A DNA stretch of 40,052 nt from Octopus sinensis (Eukaryota): positions 1 through 40,052 of the forward strand of contig NW_021835489.1 of NCBI RefSeq assembly GCF_006345805.1, given 5' to 3'. Of the stretch, positions 24,082 to 38,590 are shown one piece after another. The number at the start of each line of letters is the position of its first letter. Position 1 is the first letter of the stretch. A model generated the notes under the pieces. It was not told where the DNA came from. It worked only from the letters and a program-made list of their open reading frames with translations, and searched no databases. The translations under genes and the position numbers were made by a program.

Positions 24082-24225
24082 GTCTATCTATTGCATCTAA
24101 ATGAATTTCACCTAGGTGAAGATTGCTTTTTCCCATGAATTTCCCATCAATTTCCATATAGCTTCTATAGCCCTGTGTCGACCAAATACCTCTGAGCGAA
24201 TACGGCACGAAGAATCTGAAAGATG

Positions 24226-24311
<86 letters not shown>

Positions 24312-25746
24312 TTATACACACGCATGTAGATATGGGTATGTATGTATTTATATTATATATATCTACATACATACGTACATATGTATTCATATATTATATT
24401 ATGTAGTTGTGTGTGTGTCTTTGAGCACACCAGAACACCTATACATACATACAAGCACAAGCATAAATGCAAATGCATACACCAATATATTTACATACGT
24501 GCGCGTATACATGCGTACACCCTATACATGCGCACAAGCACACACACACACACATATATACATTCAAATACATACAGGTATATCTATCGGTGCAAATGGT
24601 TTTGTTATACGGCGTCGTATTTTACAATCCTGTAAATAATAATAATAATCGTATTTTTTATGTGATCACCGTGAAATGGCTAAAGAAAATGATCCAATAA
24701 CGGGGTATATAAACCCTCAGACTATGTCGCATTAACAAAGTCATGTGGGTTCCTGCCCCACGCGGATAAGAAAGTCTTCTTTTTGTCTGTCGAAGGATTA
24801 TTTTTCCCCGTTATTTCGAATAATTTCCCTAGTCATTGTCCGGTGATCGCCATAATCTGTAAGCTTATATAAAAATACACACACACGTATATATGTATAC
24901 ATATCTCTCTCTCTCTATATATATATATATACATATACACACAGGCACTCAGACACATACACACATATATACATATATGTATATGTTTGTGCGCGTGTGC
25001 GTGTGGATGTGTGCATGTACACCTATGCAAACATATACACAGACGCATAAATGCACACACAAGTACATGCACACATATGTACATACATATATACGTATTA
25101 CGTATATATTCACATGTCTGCACATACACCACCCCTGTCTTACCCTACAACCACGCGATCGATTTGCTGTTCACCATGAGGTATTTTCCAAGTAATTTTG
25201 GTCTCTGAAACACCAACATCAAACTGTGACACCGCGTGATCTTTCTCGGCCAATTGCAGTGCACCTCCGGTAACAACAATCTAAAATGGCGAAAATAAAT
25301 TTAAGACCGATGATGAAAGTTCTATTTCTTTAAGAATATTTTGCTACGAAAAAATTATTTTTATCTCTTACACCTTATGCAGAATTTATTTCTCTTTCGA
25401 ATGATGCAGTCAAATAACTATTTTTATACAACTTGAATAATTCTTATGCTAAATTAATATATTAATTATATCACATTACATTCAGTATTCATTCATGTAC
25501 AGAGTGAAATGGTTATATGATTCACCGAGGGACCCATACAAAATAGTCAACCGAAAAAAAGCATTCTATGCCTCCGACGGACGGAAGTGGTTAAGCGATA
25601 TGTTAATTATATCATCACCAATGTCAATGGACCACGTGTATATCGATGAGTGGAAACAGACGTAGTGATTCTGAAATAAGGGATGTCGTTAAATCCATTC
25701 TTGTCTTTATATTTATATATACCAACACAGAAAGAGGTTTTATGCC

Positions 25747-25823
<77 letters not shown>

Positions 25824-26612
25824 AGAAAGAGAGACAGACAGACATATAATATGAGGTATGTAGCTCACTTGTCATCTAAACGAATAGGTACGCTGTGTAA
25901 GTGCTATATGTTATATATGGACATACTTTCTCGCTCTATATACACATTTACAAGATGAATACACCATTCAGAACACTGCTAAAATATTGCTTGTATTTTC
26001 CTGGGATTTTCACTAAAAACCTGTACCGACATGGAAGTACCGACCAACATCCATATCTTCGACTAAAGACTCTAAGGGTTAGCCTAGGTGTGACCGCTGT
26101 CCAAAGAATAAAACTAGTCGATGTCTCTAATTTCCCGGTTGACCTGCATTGTGTAACGACCACCGTAGGCACCTAATGTGAGTAAAAGCCATCTCTTACA
26201 TTACAGCCGATAATTACAATACTCGCGAGATAAATTCAACATAACCACAACGGTTACAAGTTTACTGTCCGACGATTCAGACTTTCGAATATTCATTGTG
26301 TCGTTCTCTTCAAACAATTTCATATCATTTAAGACGAATTGTCTTTATTTAAATGCAGCCAGTTTAGCCACAAAACGAATTTATAGTTCATTGACTTTTA
26401 AATAGCTTCACAAATGTTAAAGTTGGCAGACTCGATTACAACGCTTTTGTCAACTACTGGCATTTGAAATACAATATGGCCTTTGCAAAGCTACAACGCT
26501 TTGAAATATTATTGTAGGAAATGTTGCTGTCCGTCAACCAAATTCCGCTCAGAAGGCTTAAATCGGTTGGAGGCAATATTAAACGACACTCGCCAATATT
26601 ACCACATATTCC

Positions 26613-26650
<38 letters not shown>

Positions 26651-26848
26651 CGTGTGTGTAAACATATATGTGTGTGTATTATATGTATATTGATGATATA
26701 GATACAGGGACTAGCAAGCAGATTTTCAAAATTCTGTTTCTAAGAAATAATGTTCATGATTACTGTAGTTCATCAAGTGTCGTAAACCTGGTGAGAAAAC
26801 ATAAAAAGCAAAATGTACAGCATTAGTAAGAAGAAACAAATCCCTTCT

Positions 26849-27076
26849 TATTTCTTTATTACCCACAAGGGGTTAAACATAGACGGGGCAATCAAGGACA
26901 GACAAACGGATTAAGTCGATTACATCGACCCCACTGCGTAACTGGTACTTATTTAATCGACCCCGAAAGGATAAAAGGCAAAGTCGACCTCGGCAGAATT
27001 TGAACTCAGAACGTAACGGCAGACGAAATACCGCAAAGCATTTCGCCCGGCGTTTCTGCCAGCTCGCCGCCTTTAG
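26849..27076 (-). mobile_element. tRNA-derived SINE with 11-bp TSD
   Basis: Minus strand B-box-like GAGTTCAAATTC, conserved central gaggtcgactttgccttttatcctttcggggtcgat; TSD AAATCCCTTCT at 26838-26848 and 27077-27087. Confidence 0.9.
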
Positions 27077-28269
27077 AAATCCCTTCTGGGCATTGGAAAG
27101 TATGAAGGGAAACATAGCGTTACCGTTTCATTGCTATAAATTAGCGAAAAGCCTATCATAAAATGGTTGAAGCAATTACGAAGTAATAAAGTAAAGTGTA
27201 TATTTAGAAGCTGCAATAGAAAATAAATAAAATAAAATGTAGTTCACTCACCTTCGAATAATCATGCAGGGGTGAATAGATTTGGTTCAAAGGAGTATAT
27301 AACACTTGGCGCCGAAAAATGAAATATTGCAAAATACATAAACCTTTCCTAAAACTTTTGAAGTTTGAAGTTTTAAATATTAATAACATTTTAGATGTGA
27401 ACTATGAAATTGTTCTGGAAATTAATGATTCGAAATTGAAAATTGAAAATTAAACTTAAGAATAAAGGTGTATTTTTAAAAAAATCATAATTACGGATTA
27501 AAAAATATATAAAGATAAATTAAATAAAATTTAAATTAGGCAATAAAAGTAAGATTAAAATGAAAGCACAGAAATATAAATTTTTAATAATTGAAAAAGA
27601 ATTGAAAAATATTAATCAAAAAATTAAAAGGTTAAAAGTGAAACGATAAAAAATACGAAAATTGAAATTAGAATTAACAAAATGAAGAAATTTAATTAAG
27701 AATTTAAAAAAGAACTGAATATAAGACGCTTAAAATTAAGATTGGTTTTTAAATTAGACAATTAAAAAATATCTAATTGAATTAAAAATTGACTTTAAGA
27801 AAGAAACGCATACGCATGTTTAATGAATATACCTAGATGCATACATACAATATACATACATACAAACATAAATGCATACATACATGCATACATACACACA
27901 TTCATTCATACATGCGTACATTCTTACATACATAGCTATGTCCATAACTTTTACCACCGACCTGAGCATGATCGGTTTCCCGGACGTAACCTTAGAAATG
28001 GACACAGGTTAATTCGGTTCCCACAGGAAAGCCAATGAGGGAACTATATAGCCCACAAAACATCGAATGTTTCCTTCCGCTATAAATAGAACCTTTGTCG
28101 AATGATTATCCAATCCCTTTGCCGATTGGGTGATGTTTAAGATTCCCCACCCGCCAACTACAACGATGGTTTGGCTAGGGGTGGGCTCTCCGAGATGCTT
28201 TTGATGCCATCTGATGGTTTGAGAGTGGGTCTGTAGACTAGAGCTCGTGAAAGTCAGGATCCCCCTAGA

Positions 28270-29460
28270 GGGCAGCTGGTAGCATAGCCTTCGCTTTTGA
28301 CTTTTAGACATGTAGTAGGCTCAAGAGAGCTCTTCAGGATAAGCCGCCGTCCTACATTGAAGAACGAACACTTTCTGTTATCGTTGCCAAGTTTTGTAGC
28401 TGATAGTTTAACCGGTCCATTTCTCTTTCAAGCTCCATATGTGGCAAGAGTCTTGTTGTTTCTGTTTACTCCAATTTCTGAAAGAGTGTGTGCGGTTATT
28501 AAATCTTATTTTGAAGCTCCCTTGCGTTTGTTTCACTTATTTCTACGTAGAGATTACGTTATCAGGAATGTCCCTTTGATTGACTCTTCGTTTATAATGT
28601 GCTCTGTCTTACAGGCTCCTTTTAGTGGTCACATATCTCAGTTCTTCCATCAACAGCTGTTGGTGGTGCCCCCCCCCTTTGCAATTACATTTTTAAAAGT
28701 AGCAGCAGCAGTAAAACTATTCTTTAATTTATTTATATTGAAAAGTTTTCTCCGTTTATTATTGCACGGACATACTAATATATTAAGGCACAAACCATTT
28801 TGCCTATATTAGTGAAAACATCTGGAGTGGAGGGTGGTCTGAACCAACTTAAAATCTAGTAGTTGTTCCTTCTCCGCAGTGGACCCTTATAAGAAGTTCT
28901 CTTCAGAAGTCACCTGTCTTTAAGACATTGTTACATAGGGTGGTATCTTTGTCCAAGACTTCTCTAACTAAAGATGATCCTGAAAATCCCCTTGTCTTCC
29001 TCGCTAATTTTCTAAAATATAGAAACGTAGATATCTACGATGTCAATTGTGTGAATCAAGCTTCTATCTTTTCTATAATGTTCTTCAACCAATCAATAAC
29101 TTCCACTACGCTGGACCATTGCTAATTTTGATATTCCTCAGTATGTCCCTACCCAGTCCTATATCTTAATTGGACGTGTTGTTTAGCTTCCATTTAGTGA
29201 TACTAATAACGTTATTTTATAGTCTTTGATGGTTAAAAAAATCCTTTTGGTTCTATCTTGCTCTCTAACTTCAGATGAATGGAAATAAAATTCACTTCTT
29301 ATTGATATTATTCCATACATGGTCTAGGTACCAGGTAAACTATCATAGGCAAGGTGTGATGAGTAATATAATCTAAACTTAGGGGTTTTATGTCTTTATC
29401 TGATAGAGTCATCTTCTTCCAAAGATATTGAGTTATAATTCTTTTGCCATAACACGCTAT
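28270..29460 (-). mobile_element. Penelope-like element relic (RT + GIY-YIG region), internally deleted
   Basis: FLTIKDYK, EVIDWLKNIIEK, IDIVDIYVSI (RT motif A-like), FNINKLKNSF, NCKG and TQGSFKIRFNNRTHSFRN...HIWSLKEK (GIY-YIG C-terminal half). Many stops and frameshifts. Confidence 0.8.
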
Positions 29461-29628
29461 TTCTAAATATATATATAAATACATACACACATACACACAT
29501 ATATCTATGTCTGTATATATATGCGTGTATGCTTGTGTGTGTGCGTATGTGTTTGGGTGTTTCCAGGTAAGTATATATATACACCACATATATGCATACA
29601 TATATGCATGCACACATGTATACATAAA

Positions 29629-29669
<41 letters not shown>

Positions 29670-30300
29670 ACACACACGCAGACACATACATGCATAAATA
29701 CATATATGTACACATAACTATACATACATACATGCATATTCCTCACACTACAAACGAGTACACCGGTTTTCGTCCAGTCACTTTGCTATTTCTTATTTGC
29801 ACCAAGATTTTACCGAGTCACTTCATTGCCTCTCGAATTCCGTTTGGATTGACGCTGCTTTTTTTTGTCTTCTTTATTAATTCTTATTCCCTTTCATGAC
29901 TGAATATCTTTATAACAATGACGGACTTTCTACATAATTTTCTGTTTCCCAATATGTTTCTCAATACAGGATTTTTTTTCTGCAGAAATTTGAATTGTCA
30001 AGATAGAATTTGCTTTTTTTACACGGAAAACATAAATCACATACTACGCATCTTACTCACAATCGTATAGGATGATAATAGATTACACAATATATTTATA
30101 TGTTATATATGCATTTGTATATTGTATATCTGTGTGTGTACCTATGTGTATGTGTGTGTGAGTGTAAATATGTACATACACATACTCACACGCGTGTATA
30201 TATGTACATATATGTTTTACATATATTTAATAATACGCCTATATACTAATATTTTGAATTAGTCTTCCTGTTTAAAGTACCAAGCATGTATGTGTATGAA

Positions 30301-30492
<192 letters not shown>

Positions 30493-31351
30493 AGGGTACT
30501 TGTGAGTCTCTGATATGTCCTACAGGTAGCATGGAATCCAGTACAACTTGTTTCATAGTTAAGTCGTCGGCAACTATACCGGCACTCCCATCAGGCTATC
30601 CTTGTGATGATGGTTGCTAGCAACCCAGCAGCATTAAAAACAAAACCTGTTGAAAGTTCAGATAAACCTAGTGTTGGCTCAACGGCTATCTAGCAAGAGC
30701 ACGGGTACGTAGAAATTCTGTTTGGTGTCCGGCGTGCTAGAAGTCTACAGGGAATGGCAATGGACGCTTTAGAGATCTTTTGATTTTTGCTAGAGATCAA
30801 GGCGTTCACATATCCTTGAGCTTGCCACTCTTATTGGCACCAGACTTCTTGCGCTGGATTGTCTCTGGATAATGTCAATGTAGTGGAGTGTGGACCTAAA
30901 ACTGTGGACAGGCATTGCTGACCTCGCGCTATATGTGCTGCTTTTTCCCCTATACATGTATATATTTATATTTTCACTATACATGTATCTTTATTTTTAG
31001 TATATATTTATTATATTTTTATACGAAAGTCTTGCGGCGATGGCATACAGACCTGACGGGCTAGAAGCATGTAGTTAGCGACCTGCATATAAGCAGCCCG
31101 TGCTAAATATAAAGTCGCCCAAGACAACGATAGCTGTTCAGCTCGCGAGCAACAAGTGCAGTGCGTCTTTCAGGCCTGAAATGTCCAAGTTCCAGATTTT
31201 GTAAAACAAAGTCTTTTTTCTAGAACACAGGACAATGAAAACATAACAATGGTATTACCATAGCATGGAACTAGGAAAGCTTTGATCAAACCCGATTCAC
31301 AGAAAAAGAAGAAGCTCTAAATTTCCCTCATAAGCTATCAGCGTAGTTCTG

Positions 31352-31399
<48 letters not shown>

Positions 31400-31415
31400 C
31401 TATATATATATATAT

Positions 31416-31457
<42 letters not shown>

Positions 31458-31460
31458 TAT

Positions 31461-31493
<33 letters not shown>

Positions 31494-31494
31494 G

Positions 31495-31526
<32 letters not shown>

Positions 31527-32853
31527 TATATGTGCGTGTGTGTGTGTGTGTAGATAGATATACATATATATATAAAGGGGTTTGGATGATTGTGTATAGA
31601 GGGATATAGATTATTCAAAGAAAGTCCAACTCTCTGTTTTTTTATGTTTTAATTATATTCTTTATAATATTAATGTAGAATATAGAATATATCTACATGA
31701 TTAAAAAAGAAGAGAAACACAACCAGTGTGTGTGTGTATTACTGAGATAACGACCTTCCTCAGATACTTGTAACAAAGTATGTTTCAAATTAAAGGTTAC
31801 ATCAAGAACTTTCCAAACCAAATTCAAAAGAGAAAACAAAACCTTCATGGCATTCCTTTCAGTTGAAGTTTCATATACGCGCTTGATTAAGTGTATTCCA
31901 CCTGAAACCGAAAGGATATTGATGAAGGTGCGAATATTGACGAATTGGCTTTGAGAAAACTAACTGAATGACTGATCGACCGGATGATTAATAAGACATT
32001 TTACTAGTTACTTAGTTAAATAGTTAACCAATTGACAAATAAATAATAATTAAAGAAGTGTAATGGAATCTGTGTGTGTGTCTATTATTGGCATAATGAA
32101 CCCTACCCAAGATAAAACAAAGTAAGATTCAACTCAAGTAATCTCAAGTATCTTGTAAACCAAATGCAAAAATGAGACTCTTCCTTCATAACAATATTTT
32201 CCGTTTAAGTTTTATGTTTCCGCTTGATTAAACATTTTCAATAAACAAACACAAAAAGTTTTTGTATGCATAAAACTCATTTAACTAGACGACCTTCATT
32301 TGCAGACGTTCAGATTTGTTGTTGTTATAGAATCCTTGAAAGACAACACAGTAAAAATATCCCTCGGGAGATAAATCCAGAGCCACTCTGCTTCCTGTAA
32401 TCTTTGCATTTATCGCTTGCACTAAGACACCGTTTGATTTAGAGTTTAATGCGGCTTTACAGAAAAACTTGTCATACGAAAGTCTTTAAGTAATTCCTCT
32501 CTTTCCCTCACTCACTTTCAGATGTGTTTTTTCTTTCTCTGCAATGTTGGAATTTATGGAATTTTTTTCTAATCAGTTTCTTTTCCAGTTGAGTGATTTC
32601 CTTATTTTGGAAAGTAGCTTATTCAACCACAAATATAGTTTTTTTTTTCTATTTTACATTTATGATATTATTTGATTTATTCTGTTTTTTTTTTAATATT
32701 TGGTTATATGTTTTCTTTAATTTTGGGCCGATATTATAACATACAATTTTCTGTTCAATATTTAGAGTACATATAGATAATACACAACGCCAAATTTTTT
32801 TCTACCTTAACTGATTGGACTATATCTATGTACATATATACTATATATATATG

Positions 32854-32896
<43 letters not shown>

Positions 32897-33044
32897 GTGT
32901 GTGTGTGGTGTGTGTGTGTGTGCGTGTGTGTGTGTGTGTGAGTGTGTGTGTGTGTGTGGTGTGTGTGTGTGTGTGTAGATATATATATATATGATTGATA
33001 CGCGGGTGTATGTAGTATCTATATTACATATATGTGTGTGTATA

Positions 33045-33520
33045 TATTGGATCATCCCGTAAGTAATGCGTTTTTTTCAATACTTCTTTTAGTTTTCAAA
33101 ATTAAGATAAACAAAGTTCTTTTTTAATCTGAAATATAGTCTCGTTCATTTTCGACAAGGCTCTTCTATCTAACTGGTAGACTTGCGAGGTCCCTCCTCC
33201 AAAATTCATTTGTCCGTGACGAAAATTACTCCTCCACTACTGTTCTGACCTCGTCTGCAGTATTTCTACTTCATCCGTCCAAATGATTTTGAAGAGTACA
33301 GAATTAGTGCTAATGAATGGAGCAATGTCCGGCGAATATGGTGAGTGGAGTGTCGTTTGCCATTCAAACTACTCCAGCCTTTGGAATGTCATCTTATCTG
33401 TATGTGGCCGAGTATTATCCTCATGGAAGAAACTCTTTCGCCACATTCAGTTTCACGTTGACCATCCCTACAATTAATATTTTGGATGGAATCTAACAGC
33501 TGCTGCCTTTCACTCAGTTT
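33045..33520 (-). mobile_element. Mariner (DD34D) 3' fragment with terminal repeat
   Basis: FHEDNTRPHTDKMTFQRLE*FEWQTTLHSPYSPDIAP; end TATTGGATCATCCCGTAAGTAATGCG next to TA. Confidence 0.85.
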
Positions 33521-33973
33521 ATATTTTGATATTTCTGAAGTGAAGAATGTAAACTTTTTCTATCTGATCATCACAAACTAAAGCAAACAATCTAGAATGT
33601 GTCTTATTCTACGCTTCCTTTCGCTATTAAATACGTAGAGTATAATTAGTCGACATTTTGCGGTTATTCACCCTAGACCCGGTAGTTTGCTGTTGGTTCT
33701 GTCCTTCGTGGTAATGAATGTATGTATGTGTTTGTGTTTCTGTGGGCTCCCCACCACGTGCATTGTGTGTAAGCCTCCCCCTCATATTTTCCCTATTCCC
33801 CTTAATTTAGATGAAACCATTAACTTGTGAATTTGGTCTCATATATAGCAAATCAATGTTAGTTTATAGTTATAATAAATCCATCATATTTATATACGTA
33901 TATGTGTATATGTATACATACACATATTCATAAACAACTGTCTACCTTATATATAACTATATATATGCATATG

Positions 33974-34020
<47 letters not shown>

Positions 34021-34851
34021 TTCATATATTCATACCTATATATATATTTATGTATATAGTTTGCATATACATGTATATATGTGAGTGTGACTACGCATGT
34101 ATGTATATATATATACATACGTATATATATATATATATGTTTACATATGTATAGGTATATACATACACAGTCAAACACTCACACACATATATACACATAT
34201 ATGAGATGTGTGTTTTTGTGCGCATATATATGTATGTATTCTAATGCGTATAGTCTAGAGTGTATAATTATGTGTACGTTTCCGTGCTGTTTTTGGTTGT
34301 CTGCGAGTATATTTCCGTGTATTTCAAACGACAGACGGCGATAATACGTGCTAGAGCAATAGTTCACTCTGTAAGTGGCATTTACAACCGGAAATGGGTT
34401 GGTATTAAGCAACGGATATTTCAGCTGCCGTGTGCTATATTTAATCGAATCCAAACCATGAGAACCACAAATAAATATACAAAATAACAAATAACTAAAT
34501 AAATTATAAAACATACACGTATAATATTATTGGAAGAAAACCATGAAAAATGAAACTAATGTGTTAGTTTTAGGTCATTCTACTATATTTTTGGTCATTG
34601 TAGTTGAAAATAATTTTCTCGAGAATTCTGGTAATTACTTTTGCGATTTCGTCTTCGTTTCACCTTACATTTAGATTTCCTCATTTTTTTTTCTGGTATT
34701 TTTTCTATTTCTTGTCACACACAAACGCAGATACATACTCACATACACACGCACACACAAAGACAATCACATACACACACATACATACATATCTATATAT
34801 ATAGACGCAGACATCTGACAATAGACATCCATTTCATATACACGTGTATAT

Positions 34852-34895
<44 letters not shown>

Positions 34896-35082
34896 TATAT
34901 ATATATGTATGTATAAATATATATATATATAAACATATATATATATATTATATATATATATATTATATATATACGAAGTGAGACCCAAAATCGGATAGAA
35001 TGACGGAGCGAGAGAGATACGTACATACATTTCAAAAATAAATAATCATCCCTTATGTGTATACTACACATATGCATATATA

Positions 35083-35115
<33 letters not shown>

Positions 35116-35218
35116 ATCTATACATTATATATATATAAACATATATATAGAATACATATATATATATTATATTATATATATATATTATATATATATACGT
35201 ATATATATATATGTATAT

Positions 35219-35301
<83 letters not shown>

Positions 35302-35399
35302 TATGTATATACAGATATAACATATTCATATAGACATGTATATATAATCTGAGCTGTCTATTTACTTCTGCTAAATGCTAACGTTCTGTTCTTTCAACG

Positions 35400-35960
35400 G
35401 TGTACTTATTCCATATAAGATGTTGGAGGCGGGGATGATTATAGGATGCCTTCTTCGTGTTAAATTGCCCTTTGAGAGATTGTTAAATTGCAACGTATAT
35501 TCTACTCAGATAGTCATCAACATGAAAATTATATTTATAAAATTATCTGGAGACTGGTCCGCTTGGCAAAGTCTACTGAGCGACGGTGGTAGATTGTGAG
35601 ACCTGTATAATTATAGGAACCTGGTGATGGCAGTAAGTACGCAACGTCAATATTCGTGTGGATATCTTGGACACGTTGTGTATATTTAGAAGTGGTAATC
35701 ACATAGTGTGTAGGCTCAAGCCTGGCTTAAAATCTTTGGGTAGCTGGTAGTTGGTGCCGAGATTGTTACAAATGGTGTCTATTGCGATAAGCGTAAAAGT
35801 AAGAAAACTTGGTCTTGAAAAGATAGATGGTCAGTGTATAGCTGATGACTAGATAGGAATTGTAGTATGAATAGATATACTGCGTGTCTGGGGGTGTTCA
35901 GTGGATAGATATTTATTGTGTGTACAAGATGCCCGGATGAAATTATGTAAGTCTGAAGAT
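35400..35960 (-). mobile_element. Heavily decayed Penelope-like RT thumb/linker fragment
   Basis: Remnants LTSSDLHNFI, FLSSHQLYT, LLRLSQ and FAKRTSLQIIL weakly resemble PLE motifs FSSSHPxHTK, FLRLRR and FKRxxNLRDLLV. Confidence 0.45.
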
Positions 35961-36232
35961 GTTAAGCTGTTATTTTAGGTTGTCTGATAAATTCGTTCGT
36001 TGTTTATTTATTTATTTATTTTTGTAGTCTACGTGGCACTCCATCATCATATGTCTGAAAAGAGATGAAGTTTATTGGAATGGAAAAAAAAAGAGGATAA
36101 ACGAAATTTCTAGTGGAGAATTGGTGCTAGAAAACCACAAAACACTACGTTAGAAATATTTTTCGTGTTAATTCAGATATCATTAAACTGATTAACTCAT
36201 AATCGTTTTCAACATTAATCATTAATTAAAAC

Positions 36233-36345
36233 GTTGGCAGAATCTTTAGCGCTGCAGGCAAAATGATTGACGACATTTCATCCGTTTGCACGGGATCGGT
36301 TTAAATTCAGCCGAGGTCGGTTTTGTTTCCCATCCTTTCGCAGTA
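36233..36345 (+). mobile_element. Diverged SINE (family of 26849-27076)
   Basis: gttggcagaatc...gtttaaattcagccgaggtcggttttgtttcccatcctttcg. Confidence 0.65.
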
Positions 36346-36973
36346 ACATTTGAGCTCCCCGGAATGACAGGCCATCTGTCGAAATTTGAAACTAATCTCA
36401 ATCGTTAACATAAATGAGAAACAAATAAAGCAAAAACACAAAACAAACTAATTTATCCGACAACGGAGTATAAACAGACGTGGTTATGGTGTTGAACTAC
36501 AAATGGTAAGATCCACGGGCAAGTTACTTGCAAAGCGAGACGCGTATTACGATCGAACCAGCAATCATGTGATTGCATCACGAATATCTTATCGGCACTC
36601 TCGTATCTTCTGAAAACTTTCAAATAAGTCAAATACTTAACTGTTGCGGTTGGGGTTGGTGGTGGTGTATTGTGAAAGCGAAGAGAACTTTCACATAGTT
36701 CACTTGAAACTTTCGAGAACACTTCGCTGTTTACGTCATATGTTAACTTTACGTAAAATCTAAAAGTAAATTGATATAAAAAAAGTACAAAAATAAAAAC
36801 AGTACAACAACAACTTTACAACAACAAGCTAAAAAGACAGGATAATTTTATAATAATAAATTGCTGTATTTCTAAAAACGCTCTGTCGAGTTCGTTATTG
36901 CATGCATGTACCAGGATACAATACATTTACTTCAGCAAGCAAATGCACTTAAAACCCGACGACATTATTATAG

Positions 36974-36974
<1 letters not shown>

Positions 36975-37045
<71 letters not shown>

Positions 37046-37095
37046 CTATTATTATTATTATTATTATTATTATCATCATCATTATTATTATTACT
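36975..37095. repeat. (ATT)n microsatellite
   Basis: Directly visible. Confidence 0.95.
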
Positions 37096-37694
37096 ATTTG
37101 CCTTCAGACAATAGTGACAATTAAAACGCATTCAATTTAGTTCAATCACTGCATTATATGAATGTGCAGCGGCAGCTCTGCTATGAATTTCATGTTGTTA
37201 GTTGCATGACAACAATTCTTTCTCTCTGAGTACATACAACGTTTTGTTAAAAATTAAAAATGTCCTCCTATTATATGTTTTATTTCTGAGGGATTTTAAT
37301 TGCATACACGGCGCATTTAGTGTGACCAAATTGAACAGCTGTTGCAATTTTGAATGACAGATGTAATTGTTTAAAGCGACTTAAAGCGCATCTTTCAAAA
37401 CAAGCAGTTATGCAGATTCTCCTGTCATCTCCACTTTACATCTCTCAATATATTTATTCACTCTCAACCCCGCATCCTGAGCTTCCATTCTATTCGTGTT
37501 TTGGCTAACAGCAGGAATTCATCAAATTGAAATTTTCCAAATCTTTTAATAACTCTAAAATCTAATACTGTTTTACTTCCAGTGACAGCTAGCATTCATA
37601 ATTGTCTTCGTTTATTATCTCTGATGATCTGATATCTCCTAGGTTTCGGATTGCAGCACGTAAGTACGTATGAAAGTGTCTAGCTATCGCTCCA

Positions 37695-37702
37695 TCACTC
37701 TG

Positions 37703-37787
<85 letters not shown>

Positions 37788-37804
37788 TTATCTGTGTCTG
37801 TCTG

Positions 37805-37887
<83 letters not shown>

Positions 37888-37890
37888 CTA
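37695..37890. repeat. (TATC)n microsatellite
   Basis: Directly visible. Confidence 0.95.
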
Positions 37891-38093
37891 TATATATATA
37901 TATGTATATTATATATAAGGGCTTAGTAAAATAAATTACTTTGCCACATACTGAACTCATTAGAAATAGCAGCTAAAGAAATTTCTTCAGCTATTTCTTA
38001 AACTTAAAGAAGATCTCTCTCAGATAGTGTTTGCCTAAACCAACTCACAAAGGTATGGGGGAAAAACATTAAAAAATCAAGTGCAAGGTTATT

Positions 38094-38144
38094 TGAGAAC
38101 GTACGTTTCTAGATTAGTCAATTCGACATTTCTTCGTCAGCTCA
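38094..38144 (-). ncRNA. Minimal type I hammerhead ribozyme motif (solo)
   Basis: TGAG-CTGACGA-(AGA aat GTC gaatt GAC taa TCT a)-GAAAC-GTAC-GTT-CTCA: 4-bp stem I, palindromic GTAC loop, GUU triplet. Confidence 0.65.
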
Positions 38145-38317
38145 GAATTCCTTGAATCGGATTTGGGAACACTGAAAGTTGGGAGCATACCCTTTCGTCT
38201 TCTTATCACTTCTAGAATTCTGCTCGAACTAAAAGTGCTACCAAATTCGAATATGCAAGCGAAGAATTTCTGCTCTCCCCTTTCCACCAGCGTGGGTTAA
38301 AATTGACAAACACCATG

Positions 38318-38406
38318 TATTAACGGTGAAACCGCAGCATTTAACAGAGCGAGATGAATTATAATTCATCTCGCTCTGTTAAATGCTGCGGTTTTCACCG
38401 TTAATA
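38318..38406. repeat. Spacer-less palindrome (44-bp arms)
   Basis: Centre gaatta|taattc at 38361/38362; arms match except for one extra T; followed by a ~30-bp direct duplication (38394-38451). Confidence 0.95.
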
Positions 38407-38537
38407 TATATAATGTAATATCGTTTCACCGTTAATATATATAATGTAATATTTTGAATTCGCCTAAAATGGTCCCTTTACATACTGAATACTTGGTGAA
38501 ATTGATTATAATTAATTAATTTTACCCTCAATTGTTG

Positions 38538-38590
<53 letters not shown>

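Noticed and set aside
27235-27285. Hammerhead-like CTGCATGA...GAA inside a 7-bp stem (minus strand)
   Set aside because: The core has an insertion and stem III with the cleavage triplet is absent; too degenerate to support.
27200-27800. Extremely A-rich tract, possibly organellar insertion
   Set aside because: No recognisable mitochondrial gene, rRNA or tRNA; more simply a low-complexity TE UTR next to the PLE relic.
27962-28030. GAAACCGATC after a long hairpin downstream of the PLE relic
   Set aside because: No intact CUGANGA, no NUH site and no stem I pairing.
34179-34514. 111-aa ORF with an apparent signal peptide
   Set aside because: The hydrophobic start comes from T-rich low-complexity DNA and the end runs into microsatellite; no recognisable domain.
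36540-36610. Possible minus-strand exon RYESADKIFVMQSHDCWFDRNTRLALQ
   Set aside because: The acceptor is good but the donor (gtaact) is modest, it is isolated, and no homology is recognisable; expected by chance in 40 kb.
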